64,000 nt of DNA from Lepidodermella squamata. Lineage: Eukaryota; Animalia; Gastrotricha. The notes below the pieces were generated by a model. The model had not been told where the DNA came from and did no database searches. It was given only the letters and a program-made list of their open reading frames with translations. Position numbers and translations under genes: made by a program. This document shows, one piece after another, positions 49,879 through 62,192 of the stretch; within the stretch, counting starts at the first letter, position 1, and every line of letters starts with the position of its first letter. The DNA is taken from positions 372,001-436,000 of the forward strand of contig JBLDXI010000011.1 of the NCBI GenBank assembly GCA_047495785.1, written 5' to 3'.

Positions 49879-51077
49879 ATGGAGTTTTCTTTACTGTTTT
49901 CCACAGTTCTCGCAGTGGTGCATATCATTGGCGCTGATATGCGTTATGATGAAGTTGATTCAATGCATCGAATATTCCGCGATTCGTGCCCATTTGCTCT
50001 TTCCAAATGGCTACCCAGTTATCTTGCGAACAACAAAGACAATTTGATGCATTCTATTGACTTCGATATTGATATAAGCTTGCGAACACCCGTAAATATC
50101 CTCGACACTGACCGACGTTTATCAATCTTCGTTGAATTCAACGCTTATTGGCGATGGCCGTGCAATTTTGATGTGTTCCGCAAGAATCTTGCAGCTGCAA
50201 ATTTGAGCGACTGCTGTTCTACAGAGCTCTTCATGGATGCGCCACTCGACGAGGTGTGGAGCCCAACAATCATACACTACAATGCGGTTGATAATCCTGC
50301 AGCTATAATGGAGTATGATAAAAACAGCATGAAGTGATGCTTTGCTACCATTTCAGGACTAACAGGTCAATATTGCGGTCGAACGTTCGAGTCGAAATAT
50401 TTGGAAACGGAGAGAACGGCGAGTCTAGTTGGTCTAGCTCAGGCATAGTGGTATCTCAATGCCCGGAAAACCCGCAAATCTCGCTATTCCCCTTCGATAG
50501 CTTCGAATGTGATATTGTCTTTGTAAAATATTATGATAGCCAAATCAGATTGGCTGATGTGTATAATGAGTTTAGCCGAGGTGTCAGTGACGTTTGGACA
50601 TTCAAACATTATAATTATTCTTACGTCGACTGGAAGTGCTCTATTGAGCTTTCCTTTCAGCGCAAGCCGGGATTCATCACCCAGCAAGTCATCGCGCCCT
50701 GCTATATTTTGGCGATTCTTCAGATTCTCGGCCTGATAATGCCTGCTCGAATGGCCGATCGACCTGTATACAACATCACAGTCCTCCTGGCGTTTTTCGT
50801 CATTCTCGGCATGATTTTCGAAGCGATTCCTCAGTCGCCAGAGCCCATTTACCTCGTCATTTTGATCGAAGTCAAGATCGCAATTGGTGCGCTGATTACT
50901 CTTTACACCCTTATAACATTACGCATTGCAAAACGCGACCTGGCCAAGCGACTGGTTATGCAGGTGTTTTATCTGTCACTTACAGTCATCGATATAATGG
51001 ACATTGTTGCAGCGTTCATTGTCATTGCTTCATCAGGCATCATCGACGGAGTACTTTTCAGCAAAATGCTACAGTGA
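49879..51077 (+). CDS. Cys-loop channel copy 14 (exons 49879-50312, 50366-51077; 381 aa)
   Basis: Family motifs; 53-nt GTATGA...AACAG intron. Confidence 0.92.
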
Positions 51078-51569
51078 TATAACCATTGAGGTGAACATTT
51101 TTTGCTGAAATGGTAATTTGACAAATAAAAACTCGAATATTGAAGGTGATGTCGTCGTATTAGAATTACTCTGCTTTTTGAAGCATAGTATGTCGTATAT
51201 CGTGGGCGACAGAACAATTTGCCTCGGTTTGAAATGTCGTAAAACGTAAAACTGTATGCAAAAAGTTGGTCTGATGAATCGCGAATTGCCATGTTGATCA
51301 CAAGTTTAGTTTGTGGCGAGACACAATCGCAATTGTTTGTAAGCAAAGAACCCTTTGCCCTTTGCCCTTAGTTTGTGGTACCACATGAGATTGAATTTCT
51401 CAGTTCATACTATTCCGACCCCTGACATTGTTTTTATCTGCCTTTGAAGGAGAGATTATTTGCTCGGGTATGAATCCATTTTATAAACAACACGTCAAGC
51501 CTGCATGCGGTAGAAAAAGAGCTTTTCAACAAATTTGGCCTCCAACAAATAGAAATCCGACAAGGCTAA

Positions 51570-52100
51570 TCATGACACAAATTTCATCCTGCCTTCTATT
51601 TTAGGCCTCCTAATCCAAACCCATCCGCTTGTTCACTTCGATGATCTAACTCTGCAATCCACAACATATTTCGCGCCTTTTCTGGCCTTTTACGAATGAC
51701 CTCGAAAGCCTCTGACATTTTTAGAGCTTTCTGGCTATTTTTTAGGGTTTTATACCGACATTGTTCAGGGATTTTTGGGATATTTCAAATTAATGGCGAA
51801 AAGACCCGGATAATAATGTATGAATTTTCGATCGGGGTATGGGCCGTTATGTATGTGATTTGTATGTGACGGGGTATGCGATTTGAAGTTTTTTTTACCG
51901 TTTTTCTTGGTGATTGCTTTCTCGATAATCTCTCAATGTCTCTCTATACCGCGGCTTAGCTGCCAGCCAGTGAAAGAGCGAGATTTGTCGCCGAACGGAA
52001 GCCTTCGGTCTCAAGACACTAGATTCAGGTTTCCTGAGCTAGGCCTAATAATCCCGGCTGATGATAAGCCAAATAGTCCTTACAATGTACATTCGAGGTG
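51570..52100 (+). pseudogene. Decayed copy-13-like Cys-loop channel remnant
   Basis: CTTGTTCACTTCGATGATCTAACT matches copy 13 exon 1; GLIIPADDKPNSPYNV matches copy 13 M1-M2. Confidence 0.7.
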
Positions 52101-52469
52101 ATTCCATAGTGACGCCAACATTGTGCCACCACGAAAAGATCCAAAAACAGGAAAGCTTGCAGAAACGATGTCCGCGGCCCATGTAACGGGAGCTTCGAAG
52201 CCGCGGCGTCCTATAGTACGTCTCATGTTTTATCATGGTTTTTCGGCATACTAGGCATAGGCATTGGCAAGTAACGTCAATACAGGCGATGTATTTTGTG
52301 TTTATTCTAGCTAAGTTTCAATACTTCTAGCGGATATCACGAGCTGTGGCGTAGCTCGTGGAAATAATGAAAGAAATGCAGGGTGCAAAGAATTGGAGCT
52401 ATTCACTATTCAGCATATATTGATAAAAATATCACTTTGAATTCACGTTAGTTCATTACGCTTCGAATA

Positions 52470-53835
52470 ATGGAGTTTTCCTTACTGGTTTTCGCAGTTC
52501 TCGCACTGGCGCCTTTCATCGGCGCAGATATGAGTTTCGATGAAGCTGATACAATGGTTCGAATGTTCCGCTATTCGTGCCCGTTCGCTCTTTACAAATG
52601 GCTACCAATCTATCTTAGGGACAACAACATTTACGTCGACATTTTAATAGACTTGCAAACACCTGTACATATCCTCGACACTGACCGAAGTTTATCAGTT
52701 TTCTGTAAATTCTATGCGGTCTGGAGATGGCCGTGCGATTTTGATGTATTCCATGAGAATCTTGCAGATGCAAATCTAACGGACTACTATTCGGCAGAGC
52801 TCGCTATTTACACGCCATTGGACGAAGTTTGGAGCCCAACAATCACACACTTGAATGCAGTTGATAATTCTGCAGCTGTAATGGAGTAAGCTACGTGCAC
52901 TGATGCTTTCTTTCCTTTAAGAGAATTATAAATTTAATTAAGGAAAATTGAGTCTATAAGAGAATTCAGTCTTCCTCATTTATTTATTTTTACGGTAACC
53001 GCAGACCGCCAGAGATGTTCGATGAACAATATCCAGCTTTTAGCTTGAACTGGTTATCATTATTTGAAAACCTTGTAAATTGTTAATCAATTATTCATTA
53101 TTCATGTATAAATCAACAATTATACTGTTAACTTGCAGGTCAATAATGCGGTCGAGCGTTCAGATCCTGATGTCCGGCGAATCATCTTGGTCTAGTTCTG
53201 GCCTGATAGAATCTCAATGCCCGGAAAACTCGAAAATCTCGCAATTCCCATTCGATGGATTCGAATGTGACATCATCTTTGGGAGCTTTTATGATTCTCG
53301 AATATTATCAGCTGAGGTGTCGACCGATTTCAGACGGGGTGTCGGAGACGTTTGGAAGTTCAAGCACTACAATTATTCGTACGACGGCGGTAAGTGCTCT
53401 ATTGAGCTCTCATTTCAGAGAAAGCCAGGATTCATAATCCAGCAAGTCATCGTGCCCTGCTACATATTGGCGATTCTTCAGATTCTGGGCCTCATAATGC
53501 CTGCTAGAATGGCAGACCGCCCTGTTTACAACATCACGGTCCTGCTCGCGTTTTTCGTCATTCTCGGCATGATTTTCGAAGCGATCCCACAGTCGTCGGC
53601 GCCCATTTATCTAGTCATTCTGATCGAAGTGAAGATCGCGATTGGAGCGCTGATTACGCTGTACAGCCTCATAACACTACGTATTGCTAAACGCGACGTG
53701 GCAAAGCGTCCGGTTATGCCGATATTCTTTATGTCATTTACAGTCATCGACGTGTTGGACATGGTTGCAGCGTTCATTGTTGTAGCTTTATCGGGCATCA
53801 TCGACGGAGTACTATTTAGCAAAATGCTTCAGTGA
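52470..53835 (+). CDS. Cys-loop channel copy 15 (exons 52470-52885, 53139-53835; 370 aa), paralogue of copies 14 and 10
   Basis: Family motifs; in-frame intron. Confidence 0.92.
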
Positions 53836-54155
53836 GATGATTCAGCTGAACGTTTGGTAAATACAGTGCAGAATCGTTGTAAAAAAACGGGTATATAACG
53901 GGCTTTTGTTGTAACATTGTAACATTGGGTGTTGTAATATTTTCGTTATCTGGAAAAAAGGACAAAATAAAAAGCTTTTCGTTTCGTAACGAACGAAGCT
54001 ACATTTTAGTTACGAAGGTCTTTATAACACTTTCGCTCATGCCCATATCCCGATTGTTTTCGGACCCTGTATATGGGCAGTTTCCAACATATACTTGTGC
54101 ACAAATGTTCATCCTATAAGGGGCTTATAAGCTCAAAACGTTTTCGAAGCAAAAT

Positions 54156-54243
54156 AAAAAAATAACTCGCACCTCGCACCAGGCATCGAACCAACGATTC
54201 TCTGTCACCTAAGCAGCAGTCTAACCACTAGACTATGAGCGCT
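54156..54243 (-). repeat. tRNA-derived (SINE-head-like) sequence
   Basis: A-box-like TAGTCTAGTGG, B-box-like GGTTCGATGCC, downstream T-run; no convincing cloverleaf. Confidence 0.55.
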
Positions 54244-54538
54244 GGATAAATCAAGCTGCTCAATTTTGGTATTTTAGTGGATTAGGTAAACCCATTGATA
54301 ATAGTTTTGTGGTCACCAGTGACTTGCGAGTCTTGTTTCAGTTTTGCTAAAAGCTTTCGATTAACTCGGTTGCGCCTCATCGTGAATCTCGGTATTTACA
54401 ACACATGTGGCAGCTGCGCTGTCTCGTTTATGATCGTAAACTTCCATATCCATACTATGGCCACGCGGTTTGCCTATCCGACTATCCGACTAATTATTTC
54501 CAGTAGCTTGTTTATTTAAAGAATCTTGGCGGAACACT

Positions 54539-54595
54539 GATGTAGCAGCGACGTTTCGACCTCACAGATAGGTCATCATCAGGCATTAAAACATC
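54539..54595 (-). ncRNA. Minimal type-I hammerhead ribozyme (Penelope-like element type)
   Basis: Minus strand GC-CTGATGA-T-GACCT-ATCTGTG-AGGTC-GAAAC-GTC-GC, with outer GATGT/ACATC pairing. Confidence 0.7.
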
Positions 54596-54789
54596 TAAAG
54601 CAGCGTGACGTCAATATATCTTATTCTATATTATACTTATTTCCATTGTCAAATGAAACGTTCTGCTGTACGAAATATCAAACTTCGACTGCTCGATAAA
54701 ATAGAGGATATTCTAACACTCTGCGAAAAAATCCCTCAGTCCGTTCGAGCTGATTTCGAACTTCCTGCTCGACAGGATTTACCGGGTTA

Positions 54790-54990
54790 GGGTTGGGCAC
54801 AGCCACTCGCCGATGTTCGCCATTTCTGGTGGAGTTCCGCAACGATCGCAAATCAGCCCCATCTTGTACTCACTGTACACAGCCGACCTCGTTCCGGACC
54901 TTTCGAGCGACGTGCTTCACGGCGTGTTTGCTGACGACCTCGCAGCTGCGAAAAACCTCAAGAGCGAGAAAATCGCTATCGACCGCTATC
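54790..54990 (+). mobile_element. Non-LTR retrotransposon reverse-transcriptase fragment
   Basis: GVPQRSQISPILYSLYTADL...FADDL matches the GVPQGSxLSP and (Y/F)ADD motifs. Confidence 0.9.
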
Positions 54991-55666
54991 GATTCCCCTC
55001 AAAAATCCTTTCAGCTTTCAGAATGAATCACTCGCTCAACTAACGCGTATCAGGCAGGCCACATGTCCTACTTTCAGCGCTGTGGCAGCCATACGTAAAA
55101 GGCCAACGCGCAAGATTCGCGGAATATTTTCTCTACTTCTATTTGAGGGAGAACATATTTGCCAGGATGTTAATATGCAAGTCAAAGCCACGAACCAAAA
55201 AATTGATTTAACAAGCTTCCAGGTGTAGTGCGAATTCGCGAATTCGCGACGAACACATGCGAACGAGGAATCATTGCATTCTCTTTTTTGGTTAAAACAC
55301 TGACATGCGATTGGTAACACCATCCCTACTTCTCGTCTTTGGCATTCTAATGCAAGCGCAAGCGTATATTCGTGTGTTCGATGACCTAGGTGTTACTAAC
55401 AAAATACCGTAAAATCCGAATTAGAAGGCACTGCCCTATATTTGAAACAATCGACCTCGAACCCCTGCCTTATAAACGAGACCTGCCCTGTATTTCGGGT
55501 CTGCCCTATATTTTTTCAAATGTCCACCTCGCATTGTGGCACATGTGAAAATTCCTATTATCAAGGTCGCGAATCATTTTCGTGTAGCCACCCCCTGGAA
55601 AGTGACCCATCGCGCTCGAGTTGTGTCAACGAATAGCGATCATTTGTTGACACTCGGGGATTAAGG

Positions 55667-57169
55667 TTGGGGCGTTGCCGGATTCGCCTGTCGTTCAAAC
55701 GCAACCCGGGTTCCATAGTCCATCAAGTTATCGTACCAACTTACGTTCTGGCTGTACTTCAGATTCTAGGACTGATAATCCCAGCGAAAATGTCAGATAG
55801 GCCATACTACAACATCACAGTCCTGCTCGCGTTTTTCGTCATTCTCGGCATGATTTTCGAAGCGATACCACCGTCTTCGGACACTGTTTACTTGGCAATT
55901 TTGATCGAGTCCAAAATAATTATCGGAGCAATTACCGTAAATTGGGGCAAAATGGCCGCGGGAAAAAAATGACCCCCTGTTTTTTCCGCATTTTTACACG
56001 TTTCAGGGGGTCCTGATTCCGATTTTATAGGAAGCTCATTTTGCCCCAGGTTTGGGGCAAATTGGACAGGTGTTTTGGGGCTAATTGGCCACCCTTATCC
56101 TTATAATGGGTTTTTAATGTTTAGTGATTGTGAGGGTCGAATGGTCGAGTGGTCATCAGAACTTGTGTGATCTGATGAACGAGGGTTCGATTCCTCATAG
56201 AGTAGCATTTTTTGCGTCGCTTTTAATTTTTTAATTTCTTGTTAATTTACCTTTTTAATTATTTTAAATTGGTTTCTTCGTTGTTTTCGTAATTTTACTG
56301 CTGAATAAATTTTAAAACGTATCCCGAACAAAAACTGCCTGGGATACGTGGCATGCAATAATTTAAAATAATTAAAAAGGTAAATTAACAAGAAATTAAA
56401 AAATTAAAAGCGACGCAAAAAATGCTACTCTATGAGGAATCGAACCCTCGTTCATCAGATCACACAAGTTCTGATGACCACTCGACCATTCGACCCTCAC
56501 AATAACTAAACATTAAAAACCCATTATAAGGATAAGGGTGGCCAATTAGCCCCCATTATCGAGTTTTCCATGGGGTAATTTGGCCTCAATCACCTAGCCA
56601 TACCTGTGCATCGCCTGGGGTCGCGGTTTTTTCTGCTGTCATCTACGACGAAGATGGTCGAAGGAAAAATTGTCAACTTAACATGAAACCTCGTGATTGG
56701 CTCCAGGTAATTCAATTGAAAGGGGTCATTTTTACCTCCCTAAACTCACCGTTATACAACAACATGCTGTGACCTCATTTTGGGACATACCTGGCTAAAA
56801 ATTTGCAGGTTTGTAAAGGGCTTGTTGATAATCCTCCCGGTAAATTTTTGTAGAGTTTGATGTTGTAGTTTTAGAGCCATCAATAAAAATGTGAAAACCT
56901 CAATTTCTGGCCAATTAGCCCCAAAGGTTCATTTTGCCCCAAACGACGGTATAACTCTGTACTCTCTGGTAACTCTTCGTTTGGCAAAAGGGCGATTATC
57001 GAAATACCCCCATGTCGAGTTGCTCTCCATGTCCTTCAGAGTTACCGATATAATTGACATCGTTGCTGCGATCACCGTAGTTGTCTCTTCAGGTATCATC
57101 GACGGAACCCTGTTTTACAAAATGATCGAACCGAATGATAACTCAACTTCTGATACATCTTTTGAATGA
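55667..57169 (+). pseudogene. Copy-13-like exon-2 pseudogene split in M3 by a transposon
   Basis: ...KIIIGAI|ITLYSLVTLR... rejoin exactly on removing 55935-56951; 5' part missing. Confidence 0.92.
55935..56949. mobile_element. pogo/Tc1-type non-autonomous element with internal 194-bp inverted repeat
   Basis: Imperfect TIRs CCGTAAATTGGGGCAAAATG / CATTTTGCCCCAAACGACGG; TA TSD defined by the interrupted codons; arms 56077-56270 and 56360-56553. Confidence 0.9.
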
Positions 57170-60100
57170 GAGCTGTTTTCCAGTTGACCGGTAATCGGTT
57201 TGGTGAAACAAAATTAGCAGTATCTCATTGTAAGGGCTTTTTCAAGGACACATCTCGGCTTTTATTCTCACATCTCACCCACCACCTCCCTGAGCAGCAA
57301 GTGCACGTTTTTTGCGAAATACTGCCAAGTTCCAGTGGGAATTGCAAGAAACTGCCTGAAAACGCCGTTTACTGCCATTTTTCATCTTTTTTCAAAACTT
57401 ACTGCAGTTTTTGGAAAAAACTGGAAGTTAAAAGCTGGAAACCGCAGTAGCTTCGCGAAATTGACAGTTGTTCATGAAACTGGGGAAATTCGGCATTTTG
57501 CGACCCGAAGTTAACTGCCAGGTAAAATATTTCTTCGCCGCCGTTAAAAACTTTCGATTTTTCTTTATTTTCACTGCGAAGTCAGAAATAGTGAACGAAA
57601 GTGAACGAAATTCGATGCCTCGGCCTCTAGTTTTTTGCCGAAAATTCCCTGGCTCGAAAACTGCCTTCTACCTATCCGGATCAATCTGTTTTTATTTATC
57701 ATGAAATTTCTCGTTTTTCTCGCTTTTACCTAATTTTTTCCTAATTATTTACCTGGATCCTAAAAATTACCGAATTTTCATTTTTTGCAGCCTGAACCAT
57801 CTAAAATTGAAGAATGACAGCAAAATTCGATAATTTGGATTTTGCCAAATTTTTAATGACTGAAAATTGTCGCTCTGAATAAAAGCTGAAATAGGGCAAA
57901 ATCATTGTTATTGGGGCGCTCGATTGTTGTGCACACAGGCCTCGGGGTGTTGCGTAATCACGCCATGCTTCAAAAATGTGGCTTTTTGGTTCCTTCAAAT
58001 CATCATATTTTTGTTTTCAATTCCAAAACATGTCCTATTTAGTAAGAATTTTTCGTCCGGCCTCAATTTCGCATTCTGAGCTTCATCGTTGCCTTGCTAC
58101 CAGGTGTGTCGACCATGCAATTTGGACAAGTCAGATATTTATCGAATTTTCAAGGTAATTTTGAAATTAATTCCGCTTTCTTTAATTTACCCGCAACTTT
58201 TGAAGGTTTGTCCTGCGAATCGAATTTGCAGTCGAACCAGTCTTAACGGGCCGGTCAGCAATTCGTAACGGTATCGATGAATAATTAACAAGGTATTTCA
58301 GTGTTCAATTAATTTCAATTATTAATTTCAATTATAATCTACAGGTTATCGGGCCTGCTCCAGTGGCGGTTTCTGCATCAGTCACAGCCGTTGTTCGAGC
58401 GTCTCGTGAAACATCATTCACTATTAACTTGACAATTTTTCAATTTTCTTTTATTGATCAGTTTTGATGAATAAAATGATACTTGCATCGACGGATTTGC
58501 GTGAAGGGTAAAACTGTCTTTTTTGAAACAGAGAGTGAAAGCCGCATTTCTTATAGTGAATGCGAAGTACAAATGGCCCTGAGTGAAAGTTCGAGTGAAA
58601 TTAGCAACGAGCAAGTGACTGCGCAGTAGAAACCATCTCTCACCACAAAAACTCTCACCGCAGAAAACCACCCAGAAAACTGTCCAGCTCGGCAAAAAAC
58701 TAGACTTTTGACAGAATACTGCCAACAGAAAAACTCTCGCTAATTTGCATATTTAGTTTTTTTGATCTAGGCAGTTAAAAGGCCCGAAATTGTCGCTCAG
58801 GGCTAATACATAGTAATTATTGAAATGAGCGGTTAACCCATGCTACGATTTGATTTTTGATCTGATTGAGTATAATCTTCTGTTTTCTTCAAATCTCACC
58901 TTTACGAATTTGTACGCCTTTTTTTTACTACCAGTATCAAGTGTTTGAAAATTCACGCATTTTTACATTAATAAAAAGTTTTGCACGCCGACGTATCGCG
59001 ACAAAAACATTCTATCACTTTTGACCTCGCGTGGGCACATTTGACCTTTGACCTGCAAAAAACCTAAGTCAAATGACGTATGATTTCGAAACGCCGTGCA
59101 ATAAAACTTATCCTAGAAGTTAGTAAAATTCTGGTAACAAACACCAACTTCTTGTATACCCCGGGGCTGCCAAAATAGTCGCATGGTTGGCCTGGAGTGC
59201 GACTTCTTGCGACTTCTTGCGGCTCAGCAGCGAGTTCGCGCCCTATTTTCCTGTGTGCCTGAGAATGATGATACTGACGTGTAGTGTTTCCCACCCCGAA
59301 TGCCACATGAAAAACAACGGCTGCAGCCTGTTGAAAGGAAACAAAATTGAATAGAGCTAAATTGCACTACCGGCATATGAGCGATCTTACTAAAACAGCA
59401 GCGAAATATAAAACGAGCTTTGCCATAATGTTTGTAGACAGGAAGACTGGATAAATTCACACTCTCTTGAAGATGACAAATGAACGATGATATGAGCATG
59501 GTGGAGTATCTCGAAAACGACTTTTTTCAGTCACGCGCAGAAGAAAAACATTGATAAGCGAACCCCGTCTTCGCATATTTTTTAGAATTATTTATTGACA
59601 TTAAATGACTACGAGCTACGAGCTGTGAGCTAGAGAAATTGGCCAGTAAACTTATACCCACGCCTTCGAACTAAAGCCTTGCACGTAGGAACATTTTCCA
59701 CTTTTATAATCAATTATGCAAATGAGTTTGAAATACAAGAATACAAGGATACAAGAAACCTGATTTATTCGTCGAACCTTTTGCTGGCAAATTTTTCTTG
59801 TATGCTGTATTTCTTAAACTCATTTGTATAATTAATTATAAAAGTGGAAAATGTTGCTACGGGTGTAGTCGGACAACAATCCACACTTGATACGGAAGCT
59901 AGAAATGACGGTAGGTATCACGCCATTTGACTCGCCTTCATAGTTGTTCAGTCTCCGTAGCCAGCGTAGTGAATTAGATAATGAGATAAAAAATGTGAAA
60001 TGTGAATCGAGCATGAAGACTGGCGACGGGATAGTTCAGACAAATATTTGCCCGGATATCGAGTCGGGCTGGCGCGAAACAAAATTCCACGTCGAAAAGC

Positions 60101-60210
60101 TCGTTCACTTTACAAATTTCGCCCCATAGTTTGTCGGAATAGGTTCTGCATAGTTAATAATGGAACCATTATCACATACCTATAGTTTTTTCTCTGAATT
60201 GAAATTTGCG

Positions 60211-62064
60211 ATGTCGCCATTCAGTACCGCAATATTTCTTCAACTTGTTTTCGGCCTAATTGCCAAAGCTGAGGCAATAGTGCCATTCGAGGAGCTCACA
60301 CGTATTAATGAAATATTTCGCGAGTCATGCCCTATGGCGTACTACCAGTGGCTGCCTAACTATAATTTGAGATTTAAAAACAATCGAACTCTGTATTGCA
60401 ACATGGAAATGACACTGCGACCACCTGTCGATATCCGTGACACCGAGCGCCGCTTATCGCTCCTTGCTGAAATCTCGGTCAGATGGCAGTGGCCGTGCGA
60501 CTTGGTTACCTTTTACGAGAAGCTAACAGCCGCCAACATCACCGACGTCGCTGTGTTGCGTCATGATAGCTTTCAAATCACTGCGCCAAAAGATGACATT
60601 TGGCATCCAGCTATGTATCACAGAAATGCAGCCTCCTCTCCAGGAGCAATTATGGAGCAAGATATTTCGTTTAATGATTATGAAAATTTTGACTCTTCTT
60701 ATAAATTTTCTGACCAGTTTTTGAATATATTCAACGGGGATGAATCATCATGAAAAAACTATGCCCCGCTAGAATGAAAGCCGATCTAATTCAGCTTTGG
60801 AATTCCCCTCACTTCGGGAAATATAGGGTAGAAATTGCGTTTATAACACCAAATTATCAAAATCCCTGCCTGGTGCCTGAGAGTTTCCTAATTCACTGAT
60901 TTTCAGCATTTATCTAAGTTCATTCTCAAAAATCACTCGAATATCTGAAAAAAGCTGACCAACCAAAAGCAGAAATTCAAGTCAAACTGAAAATGAAATA
61001 GGGTGATTTTTCTGGTGCTGGGGAAAAACAGGCAAAAACTAGGCTAATTATATGAGCACAGGAGACTTTATTATAGCTAATGCTAAATATCCTAAATAGT
61101 GTAATTAGCTATATTAGTTCGAATTTCACATTTGTTACTTCAGGGCTTTTTTCGGATAGCAAACTCTATTAAACCTATATTTTTTCGTCTGGACAAATTC
61201 CTATGTTCTGAGGGCATGTCCGTGGATGTAATTTGGAAACCCAGATATAAAAACTGATGTTAGCCTCTAGGATTGGAAGCCTAACCTAACCAGTGCGGAA
61301 ATTTGTTAGCGAAATATATCAAGTAGCCATAAACACCCATCTGATGTCAATTTTATATTAATAGCTCGGTAAGAGAATCCACTGTGGCTATAGATGTGTT
61401 CGGTGGATATTCCGAATGGATGAGTACAGTAATTCTGGACTCTTACTGCTTGGATCATGGGCGAATATGGAAATTCCCATTCGACATCTTTGAATGCGAG
61501 ATCCAGCTAGTGCTGACTACACACAGCAAAATTAATCTATCGAGTTTCATCTTCCAGAATGGTGAGCATATCAACAACGTTTGGACCCTGCAGCAGTATG
61601 ACCTTAGAATCGACGAGAAACAGCTCTTTATCGCACTGGCATTCAAACGCAAACCGGGGTTCATAGTCCAGCAGGTAGTTGTACCGTGCTATATTCTAAC
61701 TGTGCTTCAGATTATTGGCTTGATCATGCCTGCTAAAATGCCAGACCGGCCTGTTTACAGCATCACGGTCCTCCTCGCGTTTTTCATCATTCTTGGCATG
61801 ATTTTCGAAGCTATTCCACAGTCATCGGATCCTGTTTACCTGGCTATTTTGATCGAGACGAAAGTTGGCATTGGGGCAATAGTTACTCTGTACACCTTGG
61901 TAACAAACCGCTTGGCAAAGAGGCAGCTTTCAAAGCGTGTAGTGATCCAAATTTCCAGCTTTGATTTCACAACCATCGAATTAATGGACGTGGCTGCGAC
62001 TGTGATCATTGTTGTCTTCTCAATCATTGTCGACTGCATTCTCTTGCGTAAAATGCTCGAATAA
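60211..62064 (+). CDS. Cys-loop channel copy 16 (exons 60211-60656, 61365-62064; 381 aa) with a GC splice donor
   Basis: Family motifs; both exons intact; donor GA|GCAAGA at the position homologous to the GT donors. Confidence 0.8.
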
Positions 62065-62192
62065 TCCACGACGTTTTAGAGAAAAGGTTTCGTGTTATCA
62101 ATCAAAATGCCTGTTATTATGAAAATAATTTAACCAAGTGTAGCTATAACTGTTTCTTCAATCTTCAATGTCGCTTGCATGATAAATCCCAG

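Noticed and set aside
56132-56205. Bona fide tRNA genes here, at 31165-31230 and at 54156-54243
   Set aside because: A/B boxes are present, but I could not fold an acceptor stem with a 7-nt anticodon loop; all lie in repeat context
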